64,000 nt of DNA from the NCBI GenBank assembly GCA_028291945.1, contig JAQGNH010000120.1, forward strand, positions 30,328-94,327, given 5' to 3'. This document shows positions 27,212 through 38,062 of this stretch, one piece after another. The position numbers and the translations under genes are program-made. The notes beneath the pieces were generated by a model that saw nothing but the letters and a program-made list of their open reading frames with translations, made no database searches and had not been told where the DNA came from. Source of the stretch: Betaproteobacteria bacterium (GTDB taxonomy: Bacteria > Pseudomonadota > Gammaproteobacteria > Burkholderiales > SG8-41). Position 1 is the stretch's first letter. The number at the start of each line of letters is the position of its first letter.

Positions 27212-28648
27212 TCATCCGGCACTTGCTGCATTCCACCCGCCGCCCAGAGCCTTATAAAGACTCACGGCCGCTTCGAGCCGATTACGCCGCAACTGCGCGA
27301 GCTGGTCCTGCGCATTGAAGAGCGTGCGCTGCGCGTCGAGTACCGTTAAGAGATCGTCCGCCCCTTCGCGATAGCGGACCTCAGCGAGTCGCAATGCTTC
27401 GCGCGATTGAGTCTGAACCTCCTGCTGCAGCGTTTCCTGCTGTGCTTGGTGACTCGCTGCCACGAGGGCGTCTTCCACATCTTTGAAGGCGGCAAGAATC
27501 GCCTTGCGATAGTTTTCCACCAGCTCCCGCTCGCGCGACTCCGCGATACTTTTCTGACCGCGCAAACGGCCGCCGTCGAAGATCGGCTGCAACAGCGAAA
27601 GCGCGAGACCGATCGTGCTGCTGGCGCCGCCGCTTGCGAAACTCAAGAGCGCAGCGCTCGCGGTGCCGGCAGACCCAGTCAGCTGAATGCTCGGCAGCAT
27701 CGCGGCACGCGCGGCGGCGAGATCTGCATTGGCACCTGTGAGTTGCGCTTCGGCGCTCGCAAGATCGGGCCGGCGCACGAGAAGTTCCGCAGGGAGCCCA
27801 GCATTGATTGCAGGCACAGCCAAATCGGCTACTCCCGTTGCCTTGACGTCGAATCCCTCGGGCACGCGCCCGATCAGTACCGCGAGCGCTGCAAGGGTCT
27901 GACGTTCCTGCTGCTCGAGCGGAAGGAGCGCAGCGCGTTGGGACAGCACCGTCGCTTCCTGGCGCGCGGAGTCGAGCGACGATGCGGCGCCGTTGCGCAC
28001 ACGGGCTGAAACGAGATCGCGCACGTTCTCGGCGATTGCAAGGTTCTCGCGTGCTATGGCGAGTCTGCTGCGCAAGGAAAGCACTTCGAAATAGCTCGTC
28101 GCAACACCCGAGATCAGCGTCAAGTGCGCGGTATCACGATCGTATGCCGTCGCCTGCAGTGAGCTCTGTGCCGCGCGCACGCCTGAACGATTACGTCCCC
28201 ACAGATCGAGCTCGTAACTCGCGCTGAGCGTCGCGCTGCTTGCGTTGGATGTGAAAGACGAGCCGTTTCCGCTCGTGCTGCGGCTCGAAGTGCCAACGCC
28301 GAGGTCTATTGTCGGGAAAAGCGATGCACCCGCGATACGCACCTGTGCTTCCGCTTGCCGCACGCGCTCGGAGGCAATTGCAAGGTCCGCGCTACCGGCG
28401 AGTGCTTGTTCCACCAGCTGCTTTAACTCCGCCGAGCCGAACGTTCCCCACCAGTCTGGAGATACCGATGCGCCGTTGCTCGGTGCCGGTTCGTTCCAGG
28501 CGGACGCTGCCGCGACATCCGGCTTGAGCATCGGGCTCGTCGTGGCACAGCCGGCGAGCGCCAGCGCGACAGCAACGCATATCCATTTGCGCGTCGTTGT
28601 AGCAGACGATCTTTCGTGAGTTCCAGATGTGCTCATACGTTTCTCCAA
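27212..28648 (-). CDS. efflux outer-membrane factor lipoprotein (NodT family)
   Basis: Lipobox ALAGC. Two TolC-like repeats. C-terminal LYKALGGGW motif. Confidence 0.9.
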   Translation of the reverse strand: MEKRMSTSGTHERSSATTTRKWICVAVALALAGCATTSPMLKPDVAAASAWNEPAPSNGASVSPDWWGTFGSAELKQLVEQALAGSADLAIASERVRQAEAQVRIAGASLFPTIDLGVGTSSRSTSGNGSSFTSNASSATLSASYELDLWGRNRSGVRAAQSSLQATAYDRDTAHLTLISGVATSYFEVLSLRSRLAIARENLAIAENVRDLVSARVRNGAASSLDSARQEATVLSQRAALLPLEQQERQTLAALAVLIGRVPEGFDVKATGVADLAVPAINAGLPAELLVRRPDLASAEAQLTGANADLAAARAAMLPSIQLTGSAGTASAALLSFASGGASSTIGLALSLLQPIFDGGRLRGQKSIAESRERELVENYRKAILAAFKDVEDALVAASHQAQQETLQQEVQTQSREALRLAEVRYREGADDLLTVLDAQRTLFNAQDQLAQLRRNRLEAAVSLYKALGGGWNAASAG

Positions 28649-28741
28649 TTTGTGATTCGTTGTGCTCGAGTCTCTCGACCGACCGACGGAGCGAGGTAAC
28701 GGCGGGAACCTGTTCGTTAACCGCCCGAGGGCCGAAGGGAC

Positions 28742-30733
28742 TCACTCTGAAGCGAGCGCTACTACGGGATCGAGTCCCGCGGCTTTGCGCGCCGGCATGT
28801 AACCGAAAATAAGACCCGTGGCGAATGCGCAGCCAAAAGCGAGCGCGACCGGAAAAATCGAAAATTTCACCGGTGTGCCGAGCGCGCCGATCAGGGCGGC
28901 CGCGCCGAGTCCGCCCGCAACGCCGATCAATCCGCCCAGCGCAGACACCGCCATCGCTTCGGTCAGAAACTGCTGCATGATGTCGCGCATGCGAGCTCCC
29001 GTTGCCATACGCACGCCGATTTCGCGAGTGCGCTCGGTAACGTTGACGAGCATGATATTCATGACGCCGATCCCGCCGACGAGCAACGAAATTGCGGCGA
29101 TCGATCCGAGCAGGATCGTGAGCGTGTTCTGAGTGGCCGTCGCTGTCTCGAGCAGAGACGCCATGTTGCGTATCTGGAAATCGGCCGTACGATGGCGTAC
29201 TTCGAGCAGCTTCGAAACGGCGTCCTGCGTCTCGTCGATGCGTGCAACGTCGTCGACGGCGACAGTTATGTTGCGCAGGAAGCGCTGGCCGAAAAGGCGC
29301 AAACCGCCGGTGGTGTAGGGCACGAAAACCACATCGTCCTGATCTGCGCCCTGCGGGGACGCACCGCGGTCCCCCATTACCCCGATGACCTGGAAAAGCA
29401 CGTTGTTCAGTACGACGTGCCTGCCGATCGGGTCGCTGCCGTCGGGGAAAAGGTTGCTCACCACTGTGGTGCCGAGTACGACCACGGGCGCATAGCTGCG
29501 AACATCCGCGCGAGAAAAGAATATGCCGCGCGCCACTGGCCAGTTGCGCGCAAGCGGAAACTCAGCGCTGGTGGACGTCGCCTGCGTCTGGTAGTCCATG
29601 TTTCCAAAGCGGGCCGTGACATTGCCGCCCAGTTCCGGCACCGCAGCGAGTACGTTGGGCACGGCGGCGATTGCTTCAGCGTCGTCGGGGGTCATGGTTG
29701 CGATGCTTCCGCCCATGCCGCCGCGGTTCCCCGCAACGGGCCGGATCAGCAGAAGGTTCGTACCCATGCCGCTGATGCGGTCAACGACCGCCTGCTTCGC
29801 ACCGTCTCCGACTGCGAGCATGGCAATGACGGAGCCCACCCCGATAACGATGCCGAGCAGCGTTAGCGCAGTGCGGAACAGGTTGGACCGCAGCGCGCGG
29901 CCTGCTGCTTTTGCTGCTTCCACGAGCGCGCCCAAAGGCGAACGGGTGTCATGACCGTGCGGTCGCTCCGCTATGGGCCCGCCAGCGCGTGCTCCCGGTC
30001 CAGGATCGCTGACGATCACACCGTCGCGGATCTCGATGACGCGGTGCGCGTGTTGCGCTACTTCCTGGGAGTGCGTAATGACGATGACCGTGTGGCCTTT
30101 GCGCGACAGCTCGTTCAGCAGCGCCATGACTTCGACCCCGCTCCTGCTGTCGAGGGCGCCGGTGGGTTCGTCAGCCAGAATGATTTGCCCGCCATTCATC
30201 AGCGCGCGGGCGATCGAGACCCGCTGCTGTTGACCACCGGAGAGCTGGTTCGGCTTGTGCTCGAGGCGGTCGGCGAGGCCGAGCGTGCGCAGGAGTGCTT
30301 CGGCACGCTCGCGGCGCTTTGCCGGCGCAGTACCCGCGTAGATTGCAGGGATCTCCACATTCTGAGTCGCCGTTGCGCCGCCGATCAGGTTGTAGCTCTG
30401 GAAGACGAAGCCAAATGCTTCGCGTCGCAGGCGTGCAAGCTCGTCGCGACCGAAGCTAGACACGTCCTCACCCATGAAGCGATAGGAACCGGTCGTTGGG
30501 CGATCCAGGCAGCCGAGGATATTCATCAGCGTGGACTTGCCCGAACCCGATGCGCCGACGATCGCGACGAACTCGCCGGGGTAAAGGGCGAGGTCGATGC
30601 CGTGCAGGACTTCCACCGCAAGATCGCCGGTGCGATATGTCTTGGTTACGCCAGCGAGCTCAATCAGCGACGCCGTATTTGCCCGCTCGAGGACTGCCGG
30701 CGCTGAGGCGTTGAGTTCCGTATCGATTTTCAT
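28742..30733 (-). CDS. macB: MacB-type ABC transporter, fused ATPase/FtsX permease
   Basis: Walker [34 protein letters not shown]-terminal FtsX-like 4-TM domain. 663 aa. Confidence 0.92.
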   Translation of the reverse strand: MKIDTELNASAPAVLERANTASLIELAGVTKTYRTGDLAVEVLHGIDLALYPGEFVAIVGASGSGKSTLMNILGCLDRPTTGSYRFMGEDVSSFGRDELARLRREAFGFVFQSYNLIGGATATQNVEIPAIYAGTAPAKRRERAEALLRTLGLADRLEHKPNQLSGGQQQRVSIARALMNGGQIILADEPTGALDSRSGVEVMALLNELSRKGHTVIVITHSQEVAQHAHRVIEIRDGVIVSDPGPGARAGGPIAERPHGHDTRSPLGALVEAAKAAGRALRSNLFRTALTLLGIVIGVGSVIAMLAVGDGAKQAVVDRISGMGTNLLLIRPVAGNRGGMGGSIATMTPDDAEAIAAVPNVLAAVPELGGNVTARFGNMDYQTQATSTSAEFPLARNWPVARGIFFSRADVRSYAPVVVLGTTVVSNLFPDGSDPIGRHVVLNNVLFQVIGVMGDRGASPQGADQDDVVFVPYTTGGLRLFGQRFLRNITVAVDDVARIDETQDAVSKLLEVRHRTADFQIRNMASLLETATATQNTLTILLGSIAAISLLVGGIGVMNIMLVNVTERTREIGVRMATGARMRDIMQQFLTEAMAVSALGGLIGVAGGLGAAALIGALGTPVKFSIFPVALAFGCAFATGLIFGYMPARKAAGLDPVVALASE

Positions 30734-32106
30734 ATGCGTGGCTGCATTTTGGGTGCGTTGTTGTTGCCCGATTTGGCCGCTGACGCAGGCTTAGGCGTTG
30801 CCGAGCCCGTCACTACTTGTTCACCAGGCTCAAGGCCCGAAACGATTTGCGCTGAAACGCGGCTTATGACTCCGACGCGCACTTCGCGATCTTCGAGGGT
30901 CCCATCCGGCTTGACCACGCGGACCATCGCACGCCCGTTGCCCAAACGCGTTCTCGCGTCGAGCGCGCTTTGGCCGGTGCGGCCGGATGAGCTGCCCTTC
31001 GGGGCCGCCCCCGGGTTACTCGTACCTTTTGCATCCGCTGCGTTTCCGCGGCGACGCTCACCTGAACCCGTGCCGGCGGGCTGCAATGCGGTGATCGGCA
31101 CCTGCACGGCATCCTTCGCCTGCGCCGTCACGAAAAATACTTGCGCCGTCATCTGCGTCATGAGCACGCGATCCGGATTTTCGACATCGAACAATGCGTT
31201 GTAGAGAACGACGTTATTGACAGTCTGGGGCGTAGGCTCGATCTGCCGCACTTTTCCATACCAGCGGTTGTTCTGATTGCCCAGCGTCGTGAAATACACG
31301 TCCATACCGACGCGCAGCTTCGATACATCGGCCTCGGAGACCTGCGACTGAACGGTCATCGTGGAAAGGTCAGCTATGCGCAGGACGATCGGAGCCTGTT
31401 GATTGGCGTTCAGCGTTTGGCCCTGTTTGGCGCTTTGCGAAACGACGGTGCCCGACATCGGCGCGTATATCTTGGTGTAGCTCAAGCTGGCCTCATCGCC
31501 GCGAAGCGAAGAACGCGTCTGGTCGGCTTGAGCTTTCAGCACGTCGATCTGCGCCTTCGCCGAGCGGAGCGCCGCTGCTGCGGTGTCGAGGGCATCTTGC
31601 GTAGTCGCCTTTTCGTTCATCAGATTGGTCTGCCGCTTGAACTGCTGTTCGGCGAGCGCGAGCTGCGCCTGGCGATCGGCAAGCTGGGCCTCCTGGGTGC
31701 GCAGCTGCGCGCGGTCGGCGTCGACTTTGGAGAGATAAACGGTTGGATCGATTTCGGCCAGGAGCTGTCCCGACTTCACCGCAGAGCCGATTTCAACGTG
31801 CAGCTTTTTGATCTGCCCGGACACTTGCGTGCCGACATCGACGTAGTCGCGGGGCTGCAGTATCCCGGTCGCGGTGACCGTGTCTTCCAGATCCCCGCGC
31901 TGAGCCACCGCCGTCGCGTATTGCGCCGGGTGTTCACCTGCGCCGTTCCATGCGTTCCAGCCGTAGTAACTTCCGGCGCCAATTGCGAGCGCCACCGCGA
32001 GGGCGATCGACGCGCGCGCTGCGCGGCTCCGTTTGGCAAACGGAACATGCTGCGGGAGGCGCGACTGGGGTGCCGGTGTCAGCTGGTTCTCGTCGATGCG
32101 GTCCAT
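30730..32106 (-). CDS. macA: MacA-type periplasmic adaptor (HlyD/MFP family)
   Basis: Coiled-coil hairpin plus lipoyl and beta-barrel blocks ([21 protein letters not shown]). ATGA overlap with macB. Start is 32106 (AGGA upstream) or 32133. The ORF extension to 32382 is rejected. Confidence 0.85.
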   Translation of the reverse strand: MDRIDENQLTPAPQSRLPQHVPFAKRSRAARASIALAVALAIGAGSYYGWNAWNGAGEHPAQYATAVAQRGDLEDTVTATGILQPRDYVDVGTQVSGQIKKLHVEIGSAVKSGQLLAEIDPTVYLSKVDADRAQLRTQEAQLADRQAQLALAEQQFKRQTNLMNEKATTQDALDTAAAALRSAKAQIDVLKAQADQTRSSLRGDEASLSYTKIYAPMSGTVVSQSAKQGQTLNANQQAPIVLRIADLSTMTVQSQVSEADVSKLRVGMDVYFTTLGNQNNRWYGKVRQIEPTPQTVNNVVLYNALFDVENPDRVLMTQMTAQVFFVTAQAKDAVQVPITALQPAGTGSGERRRGNAADAKGTSNPGAAPKGSSSGRTGQSALDARTRLGNGRAMVRVVKPDGTLEDREVRVGVISRVSAQIVSGLEPGEQVVTGSATPKPASAAKSGNNNAPKMQPRI

Positions 32107-32164
32107 GGTCTGTCCTGTCTTATGGGTGTCCATGGCTTGCAGTTTGATGTTTGAACGCGCACGG

Positions 32165-32183
32165 AATGTGGACGCAATGTGGA
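32165..32183. promoter_or_regulatory. direct repeat AATGTGGA-n3-AATGTGGA (11-bp register) in the macA/sensor-kinase divergent promoter
   Basis: Read directly at 32165-32172 and 32176-32183. The geometry fits OmpR/PhoB-type response-regulator boxes. Binding has not been shown. Confidence 0.3.
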
Positions 32184-32347
32184 AGTTTTGTAACGGTCTG
32201 CGCAGGTGCGCGGCCGGTTTGACCGTGTCTCCGGTCCTCGGGAAACCCAGCCCCGACATGGAGTTTGAAACCGACTGCTCTTCGCTCCAGAATCGCGCGC
32301 TTCTCGCGTGCATAATTCTTGCGCGATTGCCGTTTAGGCTATGAGCC

Positions 32348-33781
32348 GTGAACAAGTCCCGTTTCGACAAACTGCACGTCAAGCTCTTCCTGGTGATCGC
32401 CGGGGCGATCGCGGCGCTGACGCTTGCCGCGTACTACGTATTCACGGCGAGCTTCGAGCGTGGGTTCATGCAGTACCTGAACCGCGCCGACGAGGTGCGG
32501 CTCGACTCGATGATCGACCGCCTTTCTATTGAGTACGCACGTGAGCGGAGCTGGTCGTGGATCGCCAATGATCATCAGCGATGGATCGATATGTCTCGTG
32601 ATGCCCTCGGACTGCCTGGACCGTCCGAACAAACAAAAGGACAGGTGCAGGAACGGGCACTGCCGCGACGGGATACGCCGCTTACGATCGATCCGCGCCT
32701 GATGCTTTTCGACCGCGACCGCAAACAACTGATCGGCAGGCTGGAGGCCGTTTCACTCGCGGTGTTCAAGCCCATTTCTTTGGAAGGCGATACGGTGGGA
32801 TATCTCGGTTACGTGCCGCGGCCGGACGTCATCGCATCGATCGAGCGCGTGTACTTGCAGCGACAGCGCGTCGCTTTTGGATCGATCGCACTCGGCATGA
32901 TCTGCGCCGCATTGCTCCTCGCAGCAGGTCTGGCATATTGGCTCACGCGACGCATCCGCCTTCTCACGCGCGGCACGCACGCGTTGATCGGGGGCGACTA
33001 TGACACACGCGTCAATGCCCGGGGCAACGACGAGCTTGCGCAGCTCGCACGCGACTTCAACACCCTGGCGACGACGCTCAGCAAGACGCAGCACGCACGT
33101 CGACAATGGATCGCCGATATCGCCCATGAGCTGCGCACGCCGCTTGCGATACTCCGCGCTGAAATCGAATCGCTCGAAGATGGTGTGCGTCCTCTCGACA
33201 AGACCGCGCTCGACTCACTGTCGTATGAGACGTCGAGGCTTTCGCGGCTGGTAGAAGACCTCCACACGTTGTCGCTGTCGGATCTGGGGGCCTTGAGCTA
33301 TTACAAGGAGCCCACCGATATCGCGGAAGTGATCAGCGATGTCGTTGATGCACAACGTCGCGCGATCGAGGACAAGGGTTTGCAGGCGAAAATGAACCTC
33401 GCTGAAGGACTCCGCGTGTTCGCGGACGAGACTCGCCTGTCTCAGGTATTCGCGAATCTGCTGCAAAACAATCTGCGCTACACCGACGCGCCCGGCGACA
33501 TTCATATCACCTCGCGGCGCAATGCCAAAGAGGTGCTGGTGCACTGGGAAGATAGCGGTCCGGGGGTGCCCGAGGAAGATCTGCCCCGCCTGACGCAGCG
33601 CCTCTATCGCGTCGAAGGCTCCCGCAGCCGCGCAGGCGGGGGTTCGGGATTAGGGCTCGCGATCGCGAAAGCCATCATCGAAGGACACGGGGGTAGACTC
33701 ACTGCGCGTGCGAGCCCGCGGGGCGGCCTCGCAATCGACATCGCGCTGCCCGTCTACGACGGAAACAATGGCCATGGCTGA
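32348..33781 (+). CDS. sensor histidine kinase (BaeS-like: 2 TM, HAMP, HisKA, HATPase)
   Basis: H-box IADIAHELRTPLA, N-box QNNLRYT, G-boxes DSGPGV and GGSGLGLAI. Confidence 0.9.
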   Translation: MNKSRFDKLHVKLFLVIAGAIAALTLAAYYVFTASFERGFMQYLNRADEVRLDSMIDRLSIEYARERSWSWIANDHQRWIDMSRDALGLPGPSEQTKGQVQERALPRRDTPLTIDPRLMLFDRDRKQLIGRLEAVSLAVFKPISLEGDTVGYLGYVPRPDVIASIERVYLQRQRVAFGSIALGMICAALLLAAGLAYWLTRRIRLLTRGTHALIGGDYDTRVNARGNDELAQLARDFNTLATTLSKTQHARRQWIADIAHELRTPLAILRAEIESLEDGVRPLDKTALDSLSYETSRLSRLVEDLHTLSLSDLGALSYYKEPTDIAEVISDVVDAQRRAIEDKGLQAKMNLAEGLRVFADETRLSQVFANLLQNNLRYTDAPGDIHITSRRNAKEVLVHWEDSGPGVPEEDLPRLTQRLYRVEGSRSRAGGGSGLGLAIAKAIIEGHGGRLTARASPRGGLAIDIALPVYDGNNGHG

Positions 33782-34442
33782 CCGAATACTGGTAGTCGAA
33801 GACGAGGAAAAGCTGGCCGCTTTGCTCCACGACTATCTTGTACAGGAAGGATTCGAGGCCTCCGTTCTGCACCGGGGCGACCAGGTCGAAGACTGGGTGC
33901 GCACGCACGAGACCGATCTCGTGCTGCTCGACCTCATGCTGCCCGGAAAAAGCGGGCTCGAGGTGTGCAAGGCGCTGCGTGCCGGAACTGGCGTATCGAT
34001 TATCATCGTCACGGCGCGGGTCGACGAAATCGACAGGCTGCTGGGGCTGGAGCTTGGAGCCGATGATTACATCTGCAAACCGTTCAGCCCCCGGGAAGTG
34101 GTAGCGCGGGTCAAAGCGGTTCTGCGTCGGGTGAAGCGCGGCGATACCCCGCAAGACAGTGGCCTCACGATGGACGACTCAGGTTATAGGGCGGCACTTT
34201 CCGGAAAGGACCTCGGTCTGACGGCTGTCGAGTTCGAGCTCCTCAAGGTGCTGGTAGCGCATCCTGGACGTATCTATACGCGTGAACAGCTGATGGATGC
34301 GATGTATCGCGATCAGCGCGTCGTATCGGACCGCACGGTCGACAGTCACGTGAAGAAAATCAGAAAAAAGATTTCGGCCGTGCTGCCGGATCGGGAGATC
34401 GTTCATTCCGTGTACGGCGTCGGCTACAAATACGAGTGGTGA
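33768..34442 (+). CDS. OmpR-family response regulator (BaeR-like)
   Basis: RILVVEDEEKLA, DLVLLDLMLPG, KPF. Winged-helix C-terminus VHSVYGVGYKYE. Overlaps the kinase stop. Confidence 0.92.
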   Translation: MAMADRILVVEDEEKLAALLHDYLVQEGFEASVLHRGDQVEDWVRTHETDLVLLDLMLPGKSGLEVCKALRAGTGVSIIIVTARVDEIDRLLGLELGADDYICKPFSPREVVARVKAVLRRVKRGDTPQDSGLTMDDSGYRAALSGKDLGLTAVEFELLKVLVAHPGRIYTREQLMDAMYRDQRVVSDRTVDSHVKKIRKKISAVLPDREIVHSVYGVGYKYEW

Positions 34443-34449
34443 TCCCGCG

Positions 34450-35112
34450 ATGCGTGTGCTCCTCGTCGAAGACGACGCGATGATAGGCGCCAGTGTGCAG
34501 AAGGGCTTGCGCCAGGACACGTTCTCGGTCGACTGGGTGCGCGACGGGCGCAGCGCGGAGACCGCATTGGCGACTCATACCTATGATGCCTTGTTGCTCG
34601 ACCTCGGATTGCCGGAAAAGAGTGGGGCCGAGGTGCTCAAGACATTACGCCGGAGCGGCAGCGAGATTCCCGTGCTGATCATCACGGCGCGGGACGCCAT
34701 CAGCGACCGCGTCGCCGGCCTGAACAGCGGCGCTGACGATTACATTGCAAAGCCTTTCGATCTCGACGAGCTCGCTGCCCGCATTCGTGCCGTTGTGCGC
34801 CGCCGTGCCGGGCGTGCCGACAGCGTAATACGCGCTGGCGACGTGACGTTCGATCCGGCATCTCACCGTGTGACGTTACGCGGAAAAGAGCTCGTGCTAT
34901 CGGCGCGGGAGCTCGCGCTCCTCGAAGCGCTTCTGCACCGCCGCGGCGCGATACTTTCCCGCGCGCAGCTCGAGGAGAGTATTTACGGCTGGGGTGAAGA
35001 AGTGGGTAGCAATGCGGTCGAAGTGTACGTGCACTCTCTGCGTAAAAAGCTGGGCGCAGATTTCATCAAGACCGTGCGCGGTGTTGGCTACCTCGTGCCG
35101 CAAGACCGGTGA
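34450..35112 (+). CDS. OmpR-family response regulator (QseB/PmrA-like)
   Basis: MRVLLVEDDAMIG, DALLLDLGLPEKSG, KPF, TVRGVGYLV. Confidence 0.92.
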   Translation: MRVLLVEDDAMIGASVQKGLRQDTFSVDWVRDGRSAETALATHTYDALLLDLGLPEKSGAEVLKTLRRSGSEIPVLIITARDAISDRVAGLNSGADDYIAKPFDLDELAARIRAVVRRRAGRADSVIRAGDVTFDPASHRVTLRGKELVLSARELALLEALLHRRGAILSRAQLEESIYGWGEEVGSNAVEVYVHSLRKKLGADFIKTVRGVGYLVPQDR

Positions 35113-36422
35113 AATCGATCCGGCGTGAGCTGCTCGGAGGGCTGCTCGGGTCTGTCCTTCTTGCGGCAGCTATTGCGGGCGCTGCAGTCTATTACAAAGC
35201 TCAGGATGAAGCCGGGGCCCTATTGGACTACCAGCTGCGGCAGATGGCGCTCTCGCTGCGCGATCAGGCGTTATATGGAAACGGCGCGATCGGTCCACCC
35301 TCTCTGGGCGACGACTTCGATTTTGCAATCGAAATCCAGACGCGGGACGGTTCACGGATTCAGTACTCGCAATCGCGCGTGCGCTTTCCAGAGAACACGG
35401 GCGCCGGTCATGCGACATTCAATGCAGCAGACGGCGCATGGCGTATCTACACGCTGCAGCAGCTAGACTTCAGTGTCAGAGTGGCGCAACCGATGTCTGT
35501 ACGCAATGAGCTCGCTGCGAAGGCAGCTTTGCGCACGCTCACTCCCTTCATTTTGCTCGTGCCATTGCTCGGCTTGCTGGTGTGGTTCGCGGTCACACGC
35601 GGCTTGCGACCCTTGAGCGTGGTCGCCGATGCAGTGAAGGCGCGGAGTCCGTCGTCACTGCACGCGCTCGACGAGCGGAGCGTGCCGCAGGAGATCAGGC
35701 CGGTCACCTCTGCACTGAACGACCTGCTTGCGCGTCTGACGCGAGCGCTCGAGACGCAACGCGCGTTCATCGCGGACGCAGCGCATGCGCTACGCACGCC
35801 GCTTACCGCGCTGCGCCTTCAGATTCAGCTTGCAGAGCGTGCGTCGGATCCCGAAGAGCGGTGCGCGGCATTCGCCACCCTGAAACAGGGCGTCGACCGC
35901 ACGACCCATCTCGTAGAGCAGCTGCTGACGCTTGCACGGCACGAGCCCGAGGCGGCTGACCGCCCTATGACCGAAATCGATCTCGGTGAGCTGGCGGCGG
36001 ACGTGGTCGCCGCCTATGCACAACTTGCCGAAGACCAGAATATCGACCTTGGACTCACGCAACGTGATCGTCATGTCGTTGTCCATGGCGAGCGCGACGC
36101 CTTGCGCACGTTACTTTCGAACGTCGTGGACAACGCGCTGCGCTACACAGGCCGCAGCGGCCGAGTCGACGTCGCCGCCTTGAAAACGCCGCAAGGCCCT
36201 GCGCTCGAAGTCACCGACAATGGTCCTGGCATACCGCCGGATGAGCGCGCGCGTGTATTCGACCGGTTCTACCGTCGTCCCGGGACGGATGTTCCCGGCA
36301 GCGGGCTCGGGCTCGCGATCGTCCAGCGTATCGCAGAGCGCCATGGCGCCAAGGTGAGCATCGACTCCGGTCCTGCGGGCCGCGGCCTCACTGCACGGAT
36401 CGTTTTCGGCGCACCCGATTGA
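35109..36422 (+). CDS. sensor histidine kinase (QseC-like)
   Basis: GTG start with a 4-nt overlap on the upstream stop. H-box DAAHALRTPLT, DNALRYT, DNGPGIP, GSGLGLAIV. Confidence 0.9.
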   Translation: MKSIRRELLGGLLGSVLLAAAIAGAAVYYKAQDEAGALLDYQLRQMALSLRDQALYGNGAIGPPSLGDDFDFAIEIQTRDGSRIQYSQSRVRFPENTGAGHATFNAADGAWRIYTLQQLDFSVRVAQPMSVRNELAAKAALRTLTPFILLVPLLGLLVWFAVTRGLRPLSVVADAVKARSPSSLHALDERSVPQEIRPVTSALNDLLARLTRALETQRAFIADAAHALRTPLTALRLQIQLAERASDPEERCAAFATLKQGVDRTTHLVEQLLTLARHEPEAADRPMTEIDLGELAADVVAAYAQLAEDQNIDLGLTQRDRHVVVHGERDALRTLLSNVVDNALRYTGRSGRVDVAALKTPQGPALEVTDNGPGIPPDERARVFDRFYRRPGTDVPGSGLGLAIVQRIAERHGAKVSIDSGPAGRGLTARIVFGAPD

Positions 36423-36487
36423 TCTCGTGTGCTGGTGTTTGCGGGGTGCGCCTATCTTTAAGGCGTCCTTAAGGAAGCATCGTCAGC

Positions 36488-38005
36488 ATGGCGGCTATTG
36501 CGCGGCGCCTCGCGCGTTTCTTCACTGGAGAGATTGCCTTGAAACTGAAACTCATCGTAAGGAGCCTGGTGGCAGCAGGATTCGTCACTGCGCTTGGGCT
36601 CGGTGTGAATTTCTATGAACCGATCGCCGCGCACGCACGCACGGCTGACGTAGCTCAAACTGCACCGACTGCAGCGGCGCAGCCGGCCGTTGCGCTGCCC
36701 GATTTTGCGAAACTCGTTGAGCAAAACGGTCCCGCAGTCGTGAATATCAGTGTTACCGGGAACATGAAAACGAGCGCGGCAGTGCCCGATCTCGGTTTGA
36801 GCCCGGATGATCCCATGTTCGAGTTCTTCCGGCGCTTCCAGGGTCCTCAAGGCCAGCGCGGTATGCAGCCGCAACCGCAGACGCCTACTCACGGTATCGG
36901 TTCCGGCTTCATCGTGAGCGCGGATGGCCTCGTGCTGACTAACGCGCACGTGGTGCAAGACGCTTCAGAGGTGAACGTCAAGCTCACGGACCGGCGCGAG
37001 TACAAAGCTAAAGTGCTCGGAGTCGATGCCCAAAGCGACATTGCTGTGCTGAAGATCGAGGCAAAAAACCTGCCGACCGTCCGACTGGGCAAAGCTGACG
37101 ACGTCCGGGTTGGCGAGTGGGTCGTCGCAATCGGTTCGCCGTTCGGCTTCGAAAACACAGTCACATCCGGTATCGTCAGTGCGAAAGCACGTGCTCTTCC
37201 CGACGGCTCGTCCGTTCCGTTTCTTCAAACCGATGTCGCGGTGAACCCCGGCAATTCCGGGGGGCCGCTCTTCAACCTGAAAGGCGAAGTGATCGGGATC
37301 AATTCGCAGATTTACAGCCGCAGTGGGGGCTACCAGGGTGTGTCGTTCGCCATTCCGATCGAAACGGCCGTAAACGTGAAGGACCAGCTCGTGCAGCACG
37401 GCAAGGTTACGCGCGGCCGGCTGGGCGTCACGATACAGGAGGTGAATCAGTCGCTCGCAGGCTCTTTCGGTCTTCCGAAAGCGGGCGGCGCGCTCGTCTC
37501 ATCGGTCGAGGATGGAAGTCCCGCAGCGAAGGCGGGTCTCAAGCCCGGTGACGTGGTGTTGAAGATCGATGGGATCGAAATTGGAAGCTCACTCGATCTC
37601 TCGAGCCGCGTGTCTACCATGAAGCCCGGGACAGCTGCGAAGCTAGAGGTCTGGCGCGACCGGAAACCGCGCGACGTTACGGTGAGCGTCGGTGAAGCTC
37701 CTGGAGCGAAAGTGGCCTCATCCGGGAAGGCTGATCTTGCCGGCACGCGCCTCGGCGTGGCTGTGCGGGGCCTCAGTGCGGACGAGCAAAAAGAAGCGTC
37801 GATTCAAGGCGGACTGATGGTAGAGCAGGTTGCCGGGGCAGCCGCCCGGGCAGGCATTCGTGCGGGCGATATTATCCTTGCCGTGAATGGAAAATCGATC
37901 AAAAGCGCCGATGAGCTCAAAGCGGCGACGAAGGAAGCCAAGACGATGGCACTGCTGGTGAAGCGCAACGATGCGCGGATCTTTGTGCCCGTCGAGCTGG
38001 GCTGA
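36488..38005 (+). CDS. degP: periplasmic serine endoprotease, Do/DegP/MucD family (protease plus 2 PDZ domains)
   Basis: Catalytic triad contexts TNAHVV, DIAVLKI, GNSGGPLFN. Two PDZ-like repeats. Confidence 0.93.
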   Translation: MAAIARRLARFFTGEIALKLKLIVRSLVAAGFVTALGLGVNFYEPIAAHARTADVAQTAPTAAAQPAVALPDFAKLVEQNGPAVVNISVTGNMKTSAAVPDLGLSPDDPMFEFFRRFQGPQGQRGMQPQPQTPTHGIGSGFIVSADGLVLTNAHVVQDASEVNVKLTDRREYKAKVLGVDAQSDIAVLKIEAKNLPTVRLGKADDVRVGEWVVAIGSPFGFENTVTSGIVSAKARALPDGSSVPFLQTDVAVNPGNSGGPLFNLKGEVIGINSQIYSRSGGYQGVSFAIPIETAVNVKDQLVQHGKVTRGRLGVTIQEVNQSLAGSFGLPKAGGALVSSVEDGSPAAKAGLKPGDVVLKIDGIEIGSSLDLSSRVSTMKPGTAAKLEVWRDRKPRDVTVSVGEAPGAKVASSGKADLAGTRLGVAVRGLSADEQKEASIQGGLMVEQVAGAAARAGIRAGDIILAVNGKSIKSADELKAATKEAKTMALLVKRNDARIFVPVELG

Positions 38006-38030
38006 AGCGCTAATCGTTGAGGTTCAGCAA

Positions 38031-38060
38031 AGGCCGGCGCGTGAGTGCCGGCCTTTTTTT
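38031..38060 (+). terminator. Rho-independent terminator after degP
   Basis: 8-bp stem AGGCCGGC/GCCGGCCT (38031-38038 / 38047-38054), 8-nt loop, run of 7 T. Confidence 0.75.
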
Positions 38061-38062
38061 CG

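Noticed and set aside
36458-36472. TTAAGG-cgt-CCTTAA palindrome overlapping the degP ribosome-binding site.
   Set aside because: It has only a 6-bp AT-rich stem, too weak and short to claim a regulatory hairpin or operator without other evidence.
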